Of a stretch of DNA of 64,000 bases, positions 1-11,260 are shown piece by piece (within the stretch, counting starts at the first letter, position 1; each line of letters begins with the position of its first letter). Source of the stretch: a virus (Duplodnaviria > Caudoviricetes). The translations under genes and the position numbers were made by a program. The stretch is taken from positions 1 through 64,000 of IMG/VR virus record IMGVR_UViG_3300028832_000114. One strand, 5' to 3'. Below the pieces are notes generated by a model. The model saw only the letters and a program-made list of their open reading frames with translations, was not told the DNA's origin and made no database searches.

Positions 1-1
1 T

Positions 2-184
2 TCACATATTAATTAAATCTATTCTATAAGGATTTTTTTCTTCTCTCATATTTTCTATAGTATTATCTAAAAATACTTTATCACCTTTATCAATATAATT
101 ATTATCTTCATCTATATAAAAATCTATATATACTATTTTTCTAGTTTCTGGTTCTACTATACCATATATAATCCATCTATCCAT
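2..184 (-). CDS. Hypothetical protein, runs off window; possible GIY-YIG-like N-terminus
   Basis: ORF track; IYGI...IVYI pattern only. Confidence 0.4.
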   Translation of the reverse strand: MDRWIIYGIVEPETRKIVYIDFYIDEDNNYIDKGDKVFLDNTIENMREEKNPYRIDLINM

Positions 185-224
185 TCCTTTTTATCCTTCC
201 ATCTGATTTGTGAGGCGCATGGTT

Positions 225-445
225 TTTCACTTTAACAGCCCGTTAGGGATGTTTTGTGAAAAACATATTTATATTTAGGCTTTCTCACAATCTCACATTT
301 CACAAAGTTTTCACAACAATTCTTCACATTTTTCACAATATTTTCTCACAACTTCACAATTTATTCTTCACATTTCACAACACTGTTAGAAACCGTGAGT
401 ATCATATTGTTCACATTCTTCACAATTTTCACTAATAATCACATC
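225..445. repeat. Cluster of TCACA/TTCACA short direct repeats (iteron-like)
   Basis: More than ten copies in about 220 bp; a second cluster at 1179-1212. Confidence 0.7.
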
Positions 446-835
446 TTTATTTTTTCAAGGCTGTCTATGGCGGACAGCATCTCCACTTAGGCCAACCATA
501 GCCCCTAATTCAGTATTACTTGGCAATCTTCCATGACCCCCATAAAACTCAATTATAGCCCCCTTAATTTGTTCATCTGATACTGCGGAAGCACGCCCTC
601 CTTTTTTCCCTTTTCCAGACTGTGCGGCAGTATATTCATGAGAGCCTTCTATTAACGCCCTAACACTAGTTATAAATAACTTTGATACATCTCCAGCATC
701 AGGCGGCAATTCTCCATATACCCCGTAATAACATAAATCATAATTAAGTCTATATCTTAATTGTTCATCTTGTATTTCATTTACTGCTTCTAAATACCTT
801 TCATTATATGTAAAAGTAGTGCCTAATTTTCCCAT
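386..835 (-). CDS. DUF6291-like putative replication initiator with C-terminal HTH (extended through TGA=Trp at 455-457)
   Basis: N-terminus FTYNERYLEAV..L..DLCYYG.YGELP resembles DUF6291; HTH-like PSNTELGAMVGLS; frame continues to TAA at 386-388. Confidence 0.5.
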
Positions 836-843
836 CTCCGCAC

Positions 844-1182
844 CTACCCTTCAATACCTTCAAAGTATTCTTTAATTGCGGGATGTGTTTCTAAAAACTC
901 GCGCAAATCTTGCATTTGTTCTTCTTCGCTTTTATTTACTTTTTCTATATATTCTGCTTTTTTACCTTTTCCAATCTTTTCTATCATTACACCTGTCTTT
1001 TTATATATGCCTGCTTGAACTGCGGGAAAATTTTTATAAATTGACACTTCACTATATCCATATTTTTTTGCTAATTGTTCTTGCGTCATATTTTCCCTCT
1101 TTTCTATTATATATCTATTATACTCAAAATTTTTCCAAAAATCAAATTCTTTTTGTAATGATTGTGCGTATTTTTTCGTCAC
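844..1182 (-). CDS. HTH-containing hypothetical protein
   Basis: MTQEQLAKKYGYSEVSIYK HTH-like motif. Confidence 0.55.
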   Translation of the reverse strand: MTKKYAQSLQKEFDFWKNFEYNRYIIEKRENMTQEQLAKKYGYSEVSIYKNFPAVQAGIYKKTGVMIEKIGKGKKAEYIEKVNKSEEEQMQDLREFLETHPAIKEYFEGIEG

Positions 1183-1270
1183 AACCTCACAATTTCACAA
1201 TAGTTTCACACAGCCCCTTTCTTTATATAGATGCGGAAATGCTTGTTTTGATGCAACTTTAGCCGCAAAT

Positions 1271-1292
1271 AAAAAGGCTAGTTATCTAGCCT
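1271..1292 (-). terminator. Intrinsic terminator
   Basis: AGGCTAG-loop-CTAGCCT hairpin followed by T run on minus strand. Confidence 0.6.
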
Positions 1293-1298
1293 CTATTT

Positions 1299-1556
1299 TT
1301 AAATACACTCAATTAAATATGATATAATTTCTTGTGGGTCTTTAGCATATATTTCTAAATCTGCATCTCCCCATCTATCAAAAGTTGCTTTATCGTTAAT
1401 TCTTAACATATAATGAAAATTATTGCCACCGTGAGGTTCAACAGCACAGAAATATCTATCTTCAAACTCCCAATATATATGGCTTATTTCTCCATCGTCA
1501 TATAGACAATCTATATTATTACCCCAACCTTTTACATATTCTAATATTTTATTCAT
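1299..1556 (-). CDS. Hypothetical protein
   Basis: ORF with upstream AGGTG SD-like sequence. Confidence 0.6.
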   Translation of the reverse strand: MNKILEYVKGWGNNIDCLYDDGEISHIYWEFEDRYFCAVEPHGGNNFHYMLRINDKATFDRWGDADLEIYAKDPQEIISYLIECI

Positions 1557-1567
1557 GCGGCAGCACC

Positions 1568-1999
1568 TTAATCTTTCTTAACTCTCGTTTCAATTAAATC
1601 TAACTTAAACTTTTTACCCTTATATTCAAATGTGATTAATTTACCAACATTCTCAACTTTTATATTATCGCAATCTTCACATCTATCTAAATCTTCTGCT
1701 AACATTGAAATTAAGAATTCTTTATCAGGATTTGGTTTTCTTTCAACTTTCTTGCGTTCTTTTTTCTTAGCCTCTGCTTTATGAATAGTTGCAGTTACTC
1801 TATTATCCTTTGCTTTCTTTGTTAATTCTTCCTGTTCCTCGTTAATTTCATAACCTTCATCTTCAAGATATACTTGAATAGCATCTTCTCTATCTAGCCC
1901 TAATTGTGTCATTAAATTCTCGATTGTCTTTTCACTTATTCTTATTATTTTTCCATCTTCTAACTTATAATCAAACATATTAATTCCCTCTCTTTCCAA
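1568..1999 (-). CDS. Hypothetical phage protein
   Basis: ORF track; start probably at MFDY after GAGGG. Confidence 0.65.
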   Translation of the reverse strand: MEREGINMFDYKLEDGKIIRISEKTIENLMTQLGLDREDAIQVYLEDEGYEINEEQEELTKKAKDNRVTATIHKAEAKKKERKKVERKPNPDKEFLISMLAEDLDRCEDCDNIKVENVGKLITFEYKGKKFKLDLIETRVKKD

Positions 2000-2447
2000 A
2001 TTTAATTACATATACTTTACCATTATTATATCTTTCAACAACAATAGGCAATTCATAGCGTTCATAACCATCTAATATTCTATCTAGCGTGAACCCCATT
2101 TCAATGTCATCACTATAATTACTACACCAATCCCCTATATAATCAATAATTGCATACTTATTTAACATATCAATCACTTTCCTTTCTTATTCTAAATTAC
2201 TTAAAATTTTAAATCGTGGATTTGGGTCTCCATCTGCGGCAGTGCAATTATATAAATAGATTTCTTGCTTTACAATATTTGCGGCACTATCTATCGTATC
2301 ATAACTACCTACAAAATACCAACTTTGTCCTTGATGAATAAGATACCCTTCTTCATCATAAATACTTTTTTCAAGCCACCTATAAACACTCCACATATCA
2401 ATCACCTTCCCTATAAAATATTTCTTATTTTTTTATTTTACATATAT

Positions 2448-2476
2448 ATTATATCATTTTTTTAAAAATTTGTCAA
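2448..2476 (-). promoter_or_regulatory. Consensus sigma70/SigA promoter
   Basis: TTGACA-N17-TATAAT exact; similar promoters head most transcription units. Confidence 0.8.
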
Positions 2477-2527
2477 TAGTTTCGGTGTTTTTTTGATAAA
2501 AAATCGTATGGACTAAAAAATTGACGA

Positions 2528-3382
2528 CTATGCCGCCAATTCTTCCATATATGCTCTAAGTTGATTACTTCTTATAGGGTTTCTCATTTTACGCAAAGCC
2601 TTTTCTTCAATTTGTCTTATACGCTCCCTAGATAAATTCATATCTTTTCCAATTTCTTCAAGTGTCATTGGCTCTCCATCAAGTAATCCATATCGTTTAA
2701 TTAATACTTGTTTTTCTCTTTCTTCCAAACTATCCATAACTTTAAAAAGTTGTTCTTTTAAATCCATTTTAGCAACTGCGGCAGCAGGTGATATGAAATG
2801 CTTATCCTCGACAAAGTCTACTAAACAGTCATCGTCTTCTTCATTAACTGGCATATCTAATGAGATTAAATATTGCCCCATATCAAATAAATTCTTTACT
2901 TCTAGCACTTCCATATGCATACGCTCTGCTAATTCCTCTACAGTTGGTTCTCTTCCTAGCTCATTTGACATTAATTTTTCAGTTTGACGCATTTTATAAT
3001 ACTTATCATTTATATGAGCAGGCAATCTAATAGCACGCCCTTTATTAATTATTGCTTTAGTAATTGCTTGTCTTATCCAATATGTTGCATATGTAGAGAA
3101 CTTATAACCTAGATCTACATCAAATCTATCAACAGCTGCCATTAGTCCAAAAGCACCCTCTTGAATTAAATCTTGAAATTGTAGACCTGAGCCCTTATAT
3201 CGTTTAGCAATAGCAACAACTAATTTTAAGTTTCTATTAATTATTTCAGTGCGGGCGTCCTCGCTACCTTCTTTTAACTTTTTAAATAATGTCTTTTCTT
3301 CATCATCAGTTAATATATCATATTCTCCAATTTGCTTTAAATATGTTTGAATGTCGTTAATATTTAATTTCATATGTATCAA
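2528..3382 (-). CDS. RNA polymerase sigma-70 factor, SigA/RpoD-like, lacking region 1.1
   Basis: Region 2 DLIQEG..GL, KFSTYATYWIRQAI; region 4 TLEEIG..LSRERIRQIE. Confidence 0.93.
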   Translation of the reverse strand: MIHMKLNINDIQTYLKQIGEYDILTDDEEKTLFKKLKEGSEDARTEIINRNLKLVVAIAKRYKGSGLQFQDLIQEGAFGLMAAVDRFDVDLGYKFSTYATYWIRQAITKAIINKGRAIRLPAHINDKYYKMRQTEKLMSNELGREPTVEELAERMHMEVLEVKNLFDMGQYLISLDMPVNEEDDDCLVDFVEDKHFISPAAAVAKMDLKEQLFKVMDSLEEREKQVLIKRYGLLDGEPMTLEEIGKDMNLSRERIRQIEEKALRKMRNPIRSNQLRAYMEELAA

Positions 3383-3478
3383 CTCCCTTTCGCGGCAATG
3401 CCTGCCTTATTATTTCATAAACCTCAAATCGGCGAGCCTCATCCCGAGGTCGCCGTGAAGTTATTAACTAATTTCTAA

Positions 3479-3814
3479 TTATTCAGCGATAGCGTAGATA
3501 GTTTTCTTTCCATCTTTACCACGAGTTACTCTATTAGTATCAACTAATTTCTTAACTAATGCAGATGCTTTTTGACTAGAAGCTATTTCACAATTTGCCA
3601 TAATGTCAGCAACTGTAACTGGAGTTCCAGCATTTACCATATAATTGTAAATGTTTTCAACGATTTCTTTATTCTCTTTTTGAGTTTTAGTTTCACCAGT
3701 TCTTTTCTTAGATACTAATTCAATTTGACGGTCTAAGAATGCAACTAATTCATCGTTACCAGCAACAAATCCTTTCAATGTTTCAAAATAATCTTTCTTT
3801 GTCATCTTTTCCAT
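3479..3814 (-). CDS. Small winged-helix-like DNA-binding protein; paralog of 24653-25060
   Basis: Shared TKKDY N-terminus and C-terminal wHTH-like pattern. Confidence 0.6.
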   Translation of the reverse strand: MEKMTKKDYFETLKGFVAGNDELVAFLDRQIELVSKKRTGETKTQKENKEIVENIYNYMVNAGTPVTVADIMANCEIASSQKASALVKKLVDTNRVTRGKDGKKTIYAIAE

Positions 3815-4741
3815 AATTTTTCACTCTCCTTTTCCTAATATTTCTTATAAATAAGATAACTAAATGGTGTCTTTCTTTTTGTAAACACCACCTAGAATAA
3901 ATATATTATCAGTTTACATTTATTCTAGGTGCTATCTACAAAGAGATAGCATATATGAAACCTAAAACGTTCCACGCATTTACAGCTACTAAGTAGCACA
4001 CGTTCCACGCAATTACATAGATTTCTTAGTGGACTTATTGCCGTAGTTTTTTAAAGAGAACCTCCTGTTTAAGCATTACCCTGTTCACCAGTGGGTTTCA
4101 CAAACTCTTTTTAACACTGCTATTATGCAAGCAGCACTGCTGTTCTTTATTTATACTCGCAGCCCCTAACGAGTTATTAATTATTTATTTATTTATTACA
4201 TAATAATTATATAATATTTTTTATAAATAATCAATAGTAGTTATTTTTTACTCAACTTATAGTCTTTCAACTGGAACCAACAGACCTTAAATTATTTTGT
4301 AAATATTTCTTTTCTTATTTACATATTAATTATATAATATTTTTTAATAATAATCAATTTAAGTAGTTTTTATCAGGTTCTCCTAAAGCCGTGACCCTGC
4401 GGGATAAACTATAACCAACTAAACACTCTACGACACCCGTATAGACCTGTCGCCGCCTGGGAAATTTTGATTGGCGTTCCCGCTATAACGCAAGGATTAG
4501 CTAACGCGGGTATTCCCTACCATATATATTTTAACTCAAAGGGTATTTCAACCTCCGCACAGTATTAATATTTTACTGGACTTACACCAGTGCACGACTT
4601 TATTTTTGAGTTGCCATATGCGGCGGTGGTAGCCATTTCCACTCCTTAGGTTAGTTCTACGCCTCTAACGACCAATTTCTATAAATATGTTTTATTTATT
4701 TATTACATTATAATTATATAATAATTTTTAATAATAATCAA

Positions 4742-5014
4742 TTATTTATTTACTTTGCTAGATAAGAATGTTATTTTTTCAGCTTCAATTATATTGCCTT
4801 CTCTAATACTACCTCTTATTCCAACTACATCTCCACGATGACAATATGCTTTAACATTTTTAGCAAGTCCACCTGATATATGAATTATAAGATTGTCGTT
4901 TTCATATTTGCCTTTTTCATTTTTATATGCTCTTGGAACTATAAGAGTTAAATTTTCATTTTTAAATTCTTTTAGTCTTCCAACTAACATAACGCTGTTT
5001 ACCATATCAATCAC
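4742..5014 (-). CDS. ssb: Single-stranded DNA-binding protein (short OB fold)
   Basis: NSVMLVGRL...YCHRGDVVGIRGSI SSB motifs. Confidence 0.75.
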   Translation of the reverse strand: MIDMVNSVMLVGRLKEFKNENLTLIVPRAYKNEKGKYENDNLIIHISGGLAKNVKAYCHRGDVVGIRGSIREGNIIEAEKITFLSSKVNK

Positions 5015-5269
5015 TTTCCTTTCTTATTACATTATAATTATATAATATTTTTATTAAAAAATCAATAAAAATATTAAGGGTAAAGTTCAAACCTCCTACT
5101 TGGCGTCCCTTCTACTGTTCTTTCAGCCCTATCGACGCGTTCCCTATTCTTTTTATATAGGAGCAACCCACAGTTTTTATAAGATTTATATTTCCTTTTT
5201 CATCTTACATATATATTATATAATATTTTTAATAAAAAATCAATAGCAAAATAAAAAGCGGCAATCCTT

Positions 5270-7063
5270 TTAATTAGATTGCTCACTATATATTGTATTT
5301 TTTATATATTCAACTATTTCTTGCTCGTCCGTTATAATTTTTGGAACAATTATTGAAATATATTTACTATTATCTCCATTTGAAATAGTATATTCTATAT
5401 TATCAAAAGCACGTATTTCTCGTATTATTAGTTTTTTAAATTCTTCAAAAGTAAAATTTCTTCTATTTATAATGTTTTGATATATTTCTTCTTTTTCAAC
5501 ATCAACGTTATGTTCATTTGTATATGCATATGGCATATAATTAAACATAGGATTATATAAATCTGTTGTAACTGCCCAACTTTGTGTATTAGCTCGTGGA
5601 ATTATAAATGTATGACTATCAGCGGCAGCTGGTTCTTCATTTGCAGGATCTTGATCAGCGTGCTCTTCTGCCGCATTATCCGCTTCTTGAAGCTCTGGAT
5701 GATGTTGCCTATAGAATGGACAGTTTGCACAATGTTCTGGATTACATTCTATTACACTGCTATCATCAAAGTCGGCATCTCCTTCTTGCTCAGCTTGCCA
5801 TAGATCTCGTTCTGAACAAGCATGTTCTTCACCATCTATCTCACAGTGTGCATGCGCCCAAAGATATGAACGACAATTTTCACAATCATGGTCGCATTCT
5901 ACATAATCATCAGCATAATCACACCATTCTTCATTAGAACCCTCTTCACACCAATTTTCATTTATATGCCCATCACCATTATATTCCATATAATCTTCAT
6001 CACTACCACAATATTTTTCTCCACAGCCACATGGACATACTATATCATCACAATATATGTCAAATGGTGCGTGAAATTCATCATTTTTTAATACCCACAC
6101 ATTATCATTATGATATTCACTATATCCATACTCTCCATGCTGTCTATATGCATTCAATTTATCATCATATGTGCTTTTTCTCCATAGATTTTCTTTACCT
6201 GTTTTTTCGCATATGAAAGTCTCTACCTTGTTTCTTATCATTTTCATAAATTGCTCAGAACAATCTCTCTTCCATGGATATACGCTATTAAAATGAACAG
6301 CATTAAAAGTCTCATTAAATGCTAGTGTAATACGAAGTCTTTTATATCTTATATTTTTAAAATCATATTTATTATAAAGCATAAATTTACCTGCATCAGT
6401 CCAAACATAACTAATTACAGTTGCTTTATCTAATACGCCCGCCAAACAACCATCAGCATGACTATCACTAAAATTCTCTAGTCTATAACAAGATGTCCAA
6501 TTATAAGGATTTTCACTTGATAACATTATATCAACAGGGTCAATAGATAAAGTATATGTTGCATTTAATTCAGCATTTTCAAATACTTGCCCTATTTCAG
6601 TAACTACTTCATCAGGCGCATTTAATTTGCTTTTAAAGAAATGTGTGATAGAAGTTCCCTCCGCTATAGTAGGAAATATTTCATCTAACATTTTTCTTTC
6701 ATCCCATCCTATATTTTGGTATCTTATTTTATTATCACAATGATTTGAAAATATTTCGAGCCAAGGATAAAATACGACATGTTTTCTACCCACTTCTAAC
6801 ATTTTTTCTTTATAATCTCTCTGTTCATCGCGGTAAGTAATAGGCATATCTACCCTTAATTCACCACCAAAGAAATCAAATAGATATTTTTTATTTCTAG
6901 CCCATCTTATTAAATATTCTTCAATTATTTCATCTTTTAATTCTGTCATAGATAACCCCGAATATTGAGCAATACATTTTGTAAAATCGGGAATACTAAT
7001 TTTATTTACCATTGGAGTATATTCTTCTCCTAATTTATCTATTAAAGTTTTTTTAGTTAACAT
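5270..7063 (-). CDS. Large hypothetical protein with Cys/acidic-rich region
   Basis: 597-aa ORF; CPCGC and many CxxC motifs in the C-terminal half. Confidence 0.75.
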   Translation of the reverse strand: MLTKKTLIDKLGEEYTPMVNKISIPDFTKCIAQYSGLSMTELKDEIIEEYLIRWARNKKYLFDFFGGELRVDMPITYRDEQRDYKEKMLEVGRKHVVFYPWLEIFSNHCDNKIRYQNIGWDERKMLDEIFPTIAEGTSITHFFKSKLNAPDEVVTEIGQVFENAELNATYTLSIDPVDIMLSSENPYNWTSCYRLENFSDSHADGCLAGVLDKATVISYVWTDAGKFMLYNKYDFKNIRYKRLRITLAFNETFNAVHFNSVYPWKRDCSEQFMKMIRNKVETFICEKTGKENLWRKSTYDDKLNAYRQHGEYGYSEYHNDNVWVLKNDEFHAPFDIYCDDIVCPCGCGEKYCGSDEDYMEYNGDGHINENWCEEGSNEEWCDYADDYVECDHDCENCRSYLWAHAHCEIDGEEHACSERDLWQAEQEGDADFDDSSVIECNPEHCANCPFYRQHHPELQEADNAAEEHADQDPANEEPAAADSHTFIIPRANTQSWAVTTDLYNPMFNYMPYAYTNEHNVDVEKEEIYQNIINRRNFTFEEFKKLIIREIRAFDNIEYTISNGDNSKYISIIVPKIITDEQEIVEYIKNTIYSEQSN

Positions 7064-7089
7064 ATTATCATCTCCCTTTCCAATATATT

Positions 7090-7527
7090 CTAATAACTAT
7101 CGTAAAATTTAACTACATCATTATGACTATCTATATAAGTTTCAAGCCATTTTAAATTAATAATAATTTGTATTATCTTTTCAGCATATTCTTCAAATTC
7201 CCATATTGAGTCAGCATATTCATCCCAATACTCTTTTGATAAAAATGGTGTTAATACTTTTATTAACGCAGGAATGTCTTCTTTATCAAGAGTAAAACTA
7301 GCATCGTTTTGGTCTAAATGAAATTTGTCTATAATTGCTTGTCTAATACCCCAACATTTTCTAAAATATGCAATATCTATATCTACATAGTCTTTATCAA
7401 TTTTTGGCATATCACTAAAAAAATCATAAGTATAACTATTTAAAACATCATATTTTACAAAATTAGGAATTTCTTTAACCTTGTCTTTTTTTACTCGTTT
7501 AATAATAATTCCATTATCAAGTCCCAT
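7090..7527 (-). CDS. Hypothetical phage protein (MGLD... family)
   Basis: MGLD start, YFRKCW, FYDSY end; SD AGGAG. Confidence 0.7.
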   Translation of the reverse strand: MGLDNGIIIKRVKKDKVKEIPNFVKYDVLNSYTYDFFSDMPKIDKDYVDIDIAYFRKCWGIRQAIIDKFHLDQNDASFTLDKEDIPALIKVLTPFLSKEYWDEYADSIWEFEEYAEKIIQIIINLKWLETYIDSHNDVVKFYDSY

Positions 7528-7592
7528 TTTTTATCACTCCTTTTATTTATTACATATATATTATAATATAATTTTATAAAAAAATCAACAGA

Positions 7593-7979
7593 TTATTCAT
7601 CTGTTGAGTCCTTTATTAATTTTTTATCAAATAATCCAAATTTATGTTTGGTTTCACCTGTTATAGCTCTAAAATCAGTTTTATATTTCTTTGCGGGAAT
7701 AATTATTGTATATTCAATACCATATGAAGTAAATCTGGCGCGACCTCCATATTTAGGATCTTCAGTCTCATATTCAGGTTCCCATTCTCTCCCACATTGG
7801 TCATATACATATGCCCCATCACGCAATTCTTCTCTTATTGTTTTATCTAATAAAAATATTCTTTCAATTTCATCTAATGTTTTGTGTTTATAATAAGTAT
7901 AATATGTATTAAATGAATATCTTTCATGTTCCACTTCAATAATTATCCAATTTGGTTTAAACAAATTTTTAATTTTCAT
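7593..7979 (-). CDS. Hypothetical protein
   Basis: ORF with GGAGG SD. Confidence 0.6.
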   Translation of the reverse strand: MKIKNLFKPNWIIIEVEHERYSFNTYYTYYKHKTLDEIERIFLLDKTIREELRDGAYVYDQCGREWEPEYETEDPKYGGRARFTSYGIEYTIIIPAKKYKTDFRAITGETKHKFGLFDKKLIKDSTDE

Positions 7980-8155
7980 TTTCTTCCTCCTTTTCCTTTA
8001 TATAATATGTTCCACTATACCCTAAAATAGCATTTTCTTCATCAGTAAGTCCTATATGATTATAAATTTCTTCTTCATTAGAAGCCATTAAGAAAATTTC
8101 TAAATGCATTTTTCTTGCTAAATATAATAATCTATCATAAGGTATTTTTTTCATA

Positions 8156-8485
8156 TTATTCTCCTTTATTCTTTTTATATTCTAAATATTTGTTCAAATT
8201 AGCTGAAATTCTTTTCATTTCCTCATCAAGATGAACATATACATATAATAAATCTTCAGGGTGAAAATGAATTAATTGACATATATCATCATAAAAACCG
8301 TTTTCATCCATTAAATCTTTATCATCTACATATACTGTAAATTCACAATTATTTTTTTCATAATAGAAATCAATTTGTTTTTCCATCTTTTCTCTATCAA
8401 AAACAATATCTATATATCCTTCTAATTGTGTATATACAAATTCTCTAATTTGGTCATACATTGTTTCTTGTAATTTCTTTCTCAT
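8156..8485 (-). CDS. Hypothetical protein
   Basis: ORF with AGGAG SD and own promoter. Confidence 0.6.
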   Translation of the reverse strand: MRKKLQETMYDQIREFVYTQLEGYIDIVFDREKMEKQIDFYYEKNNCEFTVYVDDKDLMDENGFYDDICQLIHFHPEDLLYVYVHLDEEMKRISANLNKYLEYKKNKGE

Positions 8486-8549
8486 TTATATTTTCTCCTT
8501 TTCATTCTATATAAATATTATAACATAAAAAAAAGAAATAATCAATTAA

Positions 8550-9758
8550 TTATTGATTATTTCCGAATTTACTTAATAAATATGTATTGCTTACTGCTTT
8601 AAATGAATTTACTCCATCATATGTTCTTAATACAACACCTTCACGATAATCGCCATCTACAACAGAGGCTCCATCTGCATATGTAACCATTTCATCAATA
8701 GAATTAGGTAATGTAAAATGTTCCTCTAATATAGGTACACAAGGAAGATCATATATGACTAAAAATTCTGTCATATCTTTAGGATTTAATCTTTTAACTT
8801 CCCCTGTTTTATAACCTAATATTAAATTAAATACTTTAAAATCTATATCATTCATATGATAATCGCGATCTTGGATCCCCTTACCATAAGTTTCCCCTTG
8901 AATAGTAACGAAAGCCAAATTGTCATATCTTTTTAAAATGTCTTTTAATACATCTTCTAAATGATATTTTTCAGCCATTTCAGTATATACATTAGTTTCA
9001 TAAAAACATTCTTTATCTGCTTTATCAAAACATACATTGCGGCTGCACACATAATAATCATATCTATTAAAATGTTTACGCTTCATAGTCATTGTTGTTG
9101 AAGTTCCATCTATTTTTTCCGTTACAATCCACTCAGTATTATCTGGCGGGAATAGCTGAGGTAAATTTTGAACACGTTCCTCATCTGTTTTAACTACCCA
9201 ATCGGGCCAGAATGACGCCTTAGCATCTCTTCTACGACCCAAGAATAAAAATAATACTTTCTTACCAAAGTTGTTTTTATACATTTTATTTAAAAAATTA
9301 TATTTTGCAAATAATTTAGCATTTCTTTGTTTCATTCTTGCATATTTATTTACAGTTGTTTTTCTTTTATTATCATCAGCTACCGAATAAACTACACCTA
9401 ATTCTTTTGTAACAAAATCTCCAAGTTCATGTTCATCCATTTCCCAACCTAAGTCCGCAAATGAAACAAGTAAACCTTGAGATATAAAATTACCCTTACC
9501 CCCAAACGTATATTTTTGAGTTTTTACTTTGTAATGTTTTGGTGCTAGAAATTGCGCCCACTCTGCTGTTTCTGGTAATTTACTATCAATTTCAAAATAT
9601 ACTGCAATACTACCTGGAATATAGGTATTTTTTCTAACCATTATATGCCAGCCGCCAACAACAGCACATTCACAATTATCTGAACCCTCAATTGGTTGTA
9701 TATCATCAATTTGCACTATGTATGCTAATTCTCTTTCTTTTGTTTTTGGATTAATCAT
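8550..9758 (-). CDS. RNA ligase (Rnl2 / DRB0094-like)
   Basis: Motif I TEKIDGT, IQGETYG, REGVV, SFKAVS; N-terminal OB-like IQPIEGSD. Confidence 0.88.
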   Translation of the reverse strand: MINPKTKERELAYIVQIDDIQPIEGSDNCECAVVGGWHIMVRKNTYIPGSIAVYFEIDSKLPETAEWAQFLAPKHYKVKTQKYTFGGKGNFISQGLLVSFADLGWEMDEHELGDFVTKELGVVYSVADDNKRKTTVNKYARMKQRNAKLFAKYNFLNKMYKNNFGKKVLFLFLGRRRDAKASFWPDWVVKTDEERVQNLPQLFPPDNTEWIVTEKIDGTSTTMTMKRKHFNRYDYYVCSRNVCFDKADKECFYETNVYTEMAEKYHLEDVLKDILKRYDNLAFVTIQGETYGKGIQDRDYHMNDIDFKVFNLILGYKTGEVKRLNPKDMTEFLVIYDLPCVPILEEHFTLPNSIDEMVTYADGASVVDGDYREGVVLRTYDGVNSFKAVSNTYLLSKFGNNQ

Positions 9759-9777
9759 ATATATTACCCTCCTTTCC

Positions 9778-10038
9778 TTAACATTTTGGCATTTCATATA
9801 ATCTTGAATAATATCCATTATGATAATTACAACTTGCTAGATTATACATTTTCTCTTGTATTTCATCTAATATTTGAATAGCTCTTTCTTTTGTTTCATA
9901 GATTCCAAGTTCAAAACTAAAATCTGCATTTGCCATAATAGAAACATAACCTTGATCTGTCATACCAGTAGTATCAATTCATATATTATTAACTTTTAAC
10001 AAACTCTTTTTATCTTGAGTGCGGATCCATAGTTCCAA
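9778..10038 (-). CDS. Hypothetical protein (MELWIRTQDK...), joined through one TGA
   Basis: Frame open from TTG at 10038 when TGA=Trp. Confidence 0.6.
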
Positions 10039-10182
10039 GTTTCTTCACCTTGACCTTTCCTTTATCATATCTTACAATATCAATATCTTCTTCTTCCTCT
10101 TCTTCATATGTTCCTTGCTGTGTTAATATTCTAATATATTTATTCCAAATATATGGGTCTTTATCTTGTTTTGTTTCCATTA

Positions 10183-10878
10183 TTACTCCAATTCTATAAA
10201 ATCATTATAGATACATCTAAATTTATCATTAATTTGTTTCTCTACGTGATAGTGTCCAAAAATCCAATGATCAAAGGTTATTTTATCTTTTACTTTATCT
10301 AATTGCTTTTCACTTTCATGAATTGCATTACTATCACTAATATTACTTAAAGTAAATAACCAATGTTTAGCTTGTTGAACTTCACTATGTGGACAACAGT
10401 GACTAAATACATAATCATAATGTGCCCCTTCAATAATTTTATCAACATCTGTATCAGTAATAGCTTCACCTTCCCACCAACCTAGATGTCTTATTTTTCT
10501 AATAAATTTATCTACACTATCAGCACCACCCATAAATAATACAGATTTATTTCCTATAAAACCCGAAAAACCTCTAGGACAATAGTGAATATGTTCTGAA
10601 TTATTATATAAATGATTTTTATCACAATTCCAACTATTAATTATATCAAAATTTTCATGATTGCCATCTAGCCAATAAAGATGTGTTCCGCGGCAATGCT
10701 CTTCATAAAACTTAATATTTTCTTCCGCATCTTTCTGGTCATCTCGCCAGTAAAGACCCATATCACCGCATACAATAATGCCATCATTTTGTAGATTATA
10801 TTTTTCAATAAATTCAACTATTTTATTTAAACTGCCGTGACAATCGCCCGTAACAAATATTCTATTCATATTAATCAC
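10183..10878 (-). CDS. Calcineurin-like metallophosphoesterase
   Basis: GDCHG, CGDMG, DGNHEN, FGHYH motifs. Confidence 0.9.
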   Translation of the reverse strand: MINMNRIFVTGDCHGSLNKIVEFIEKYNLQNDGIIVCGDMGLYWRDDQKDAEENIKFYEEHCRGTHLYWLDGNHENFDIINSWNCDKNHLYNNSEHIHYCPRGFSGFIGNKSVLFMGGADSVDKFIRKIRHLGWWEGEAITDTDVDKIIEGAHYDYVFSHCCPHSEVQQAKHWLFTLSNISDSNAIHESEKQLDKVKDKITFDHWIFGHYHVEKQINDKFRCIYNDFIELE

Positions 10879-10930
10879 CTTTCTCTCATTTTCTATATAT
10901 ATTATAATATATTTTTATAAAGAAATCAAT

Positions 10931-11131
10931 TTATTTTACCCTTTTAAGAACTTTAATTTCTTCTTCTTCATTTTCAAATGTTAAAACTCAACATATATTT
11001 TTAAACTCTTGTAAATTATGTCAAGTTAAAGCTAAATTGTTTTGTTTTAATCAAGTTATAAAATTTTTTCAAGTAAACATTTTATGAAATGTTTGTTGTT
11101 CTATCTCTTCCGTTGTTATAAACTCTTTCAT
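10931..11131 (-). CDS. 66-aa hypothetical protein with four TGA(Trp) codons
   Basis: GGAGG SD, ATG, frame open to TAA only if TGA=Trp. Confidence 0.6.
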
Positions 11132-11260
11132 ATTATTTTTCCTCCTACAAATAAAAAAAGACGACCCGCAGGCCGTCCTTGGAAAGGGATTGAACGTAAG
11201 TAAGATTTAGGAAAATCCTTAATCATTACTTACAAGTATATTATAACGAAAAATTTTCGT

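Noticed and set aside
3960-4020. CRISPR array from the GCGTGGAACG repeat
   Set aside because: Only two short copies, no regular repeat-spacer pattern, no cas genes in the window.
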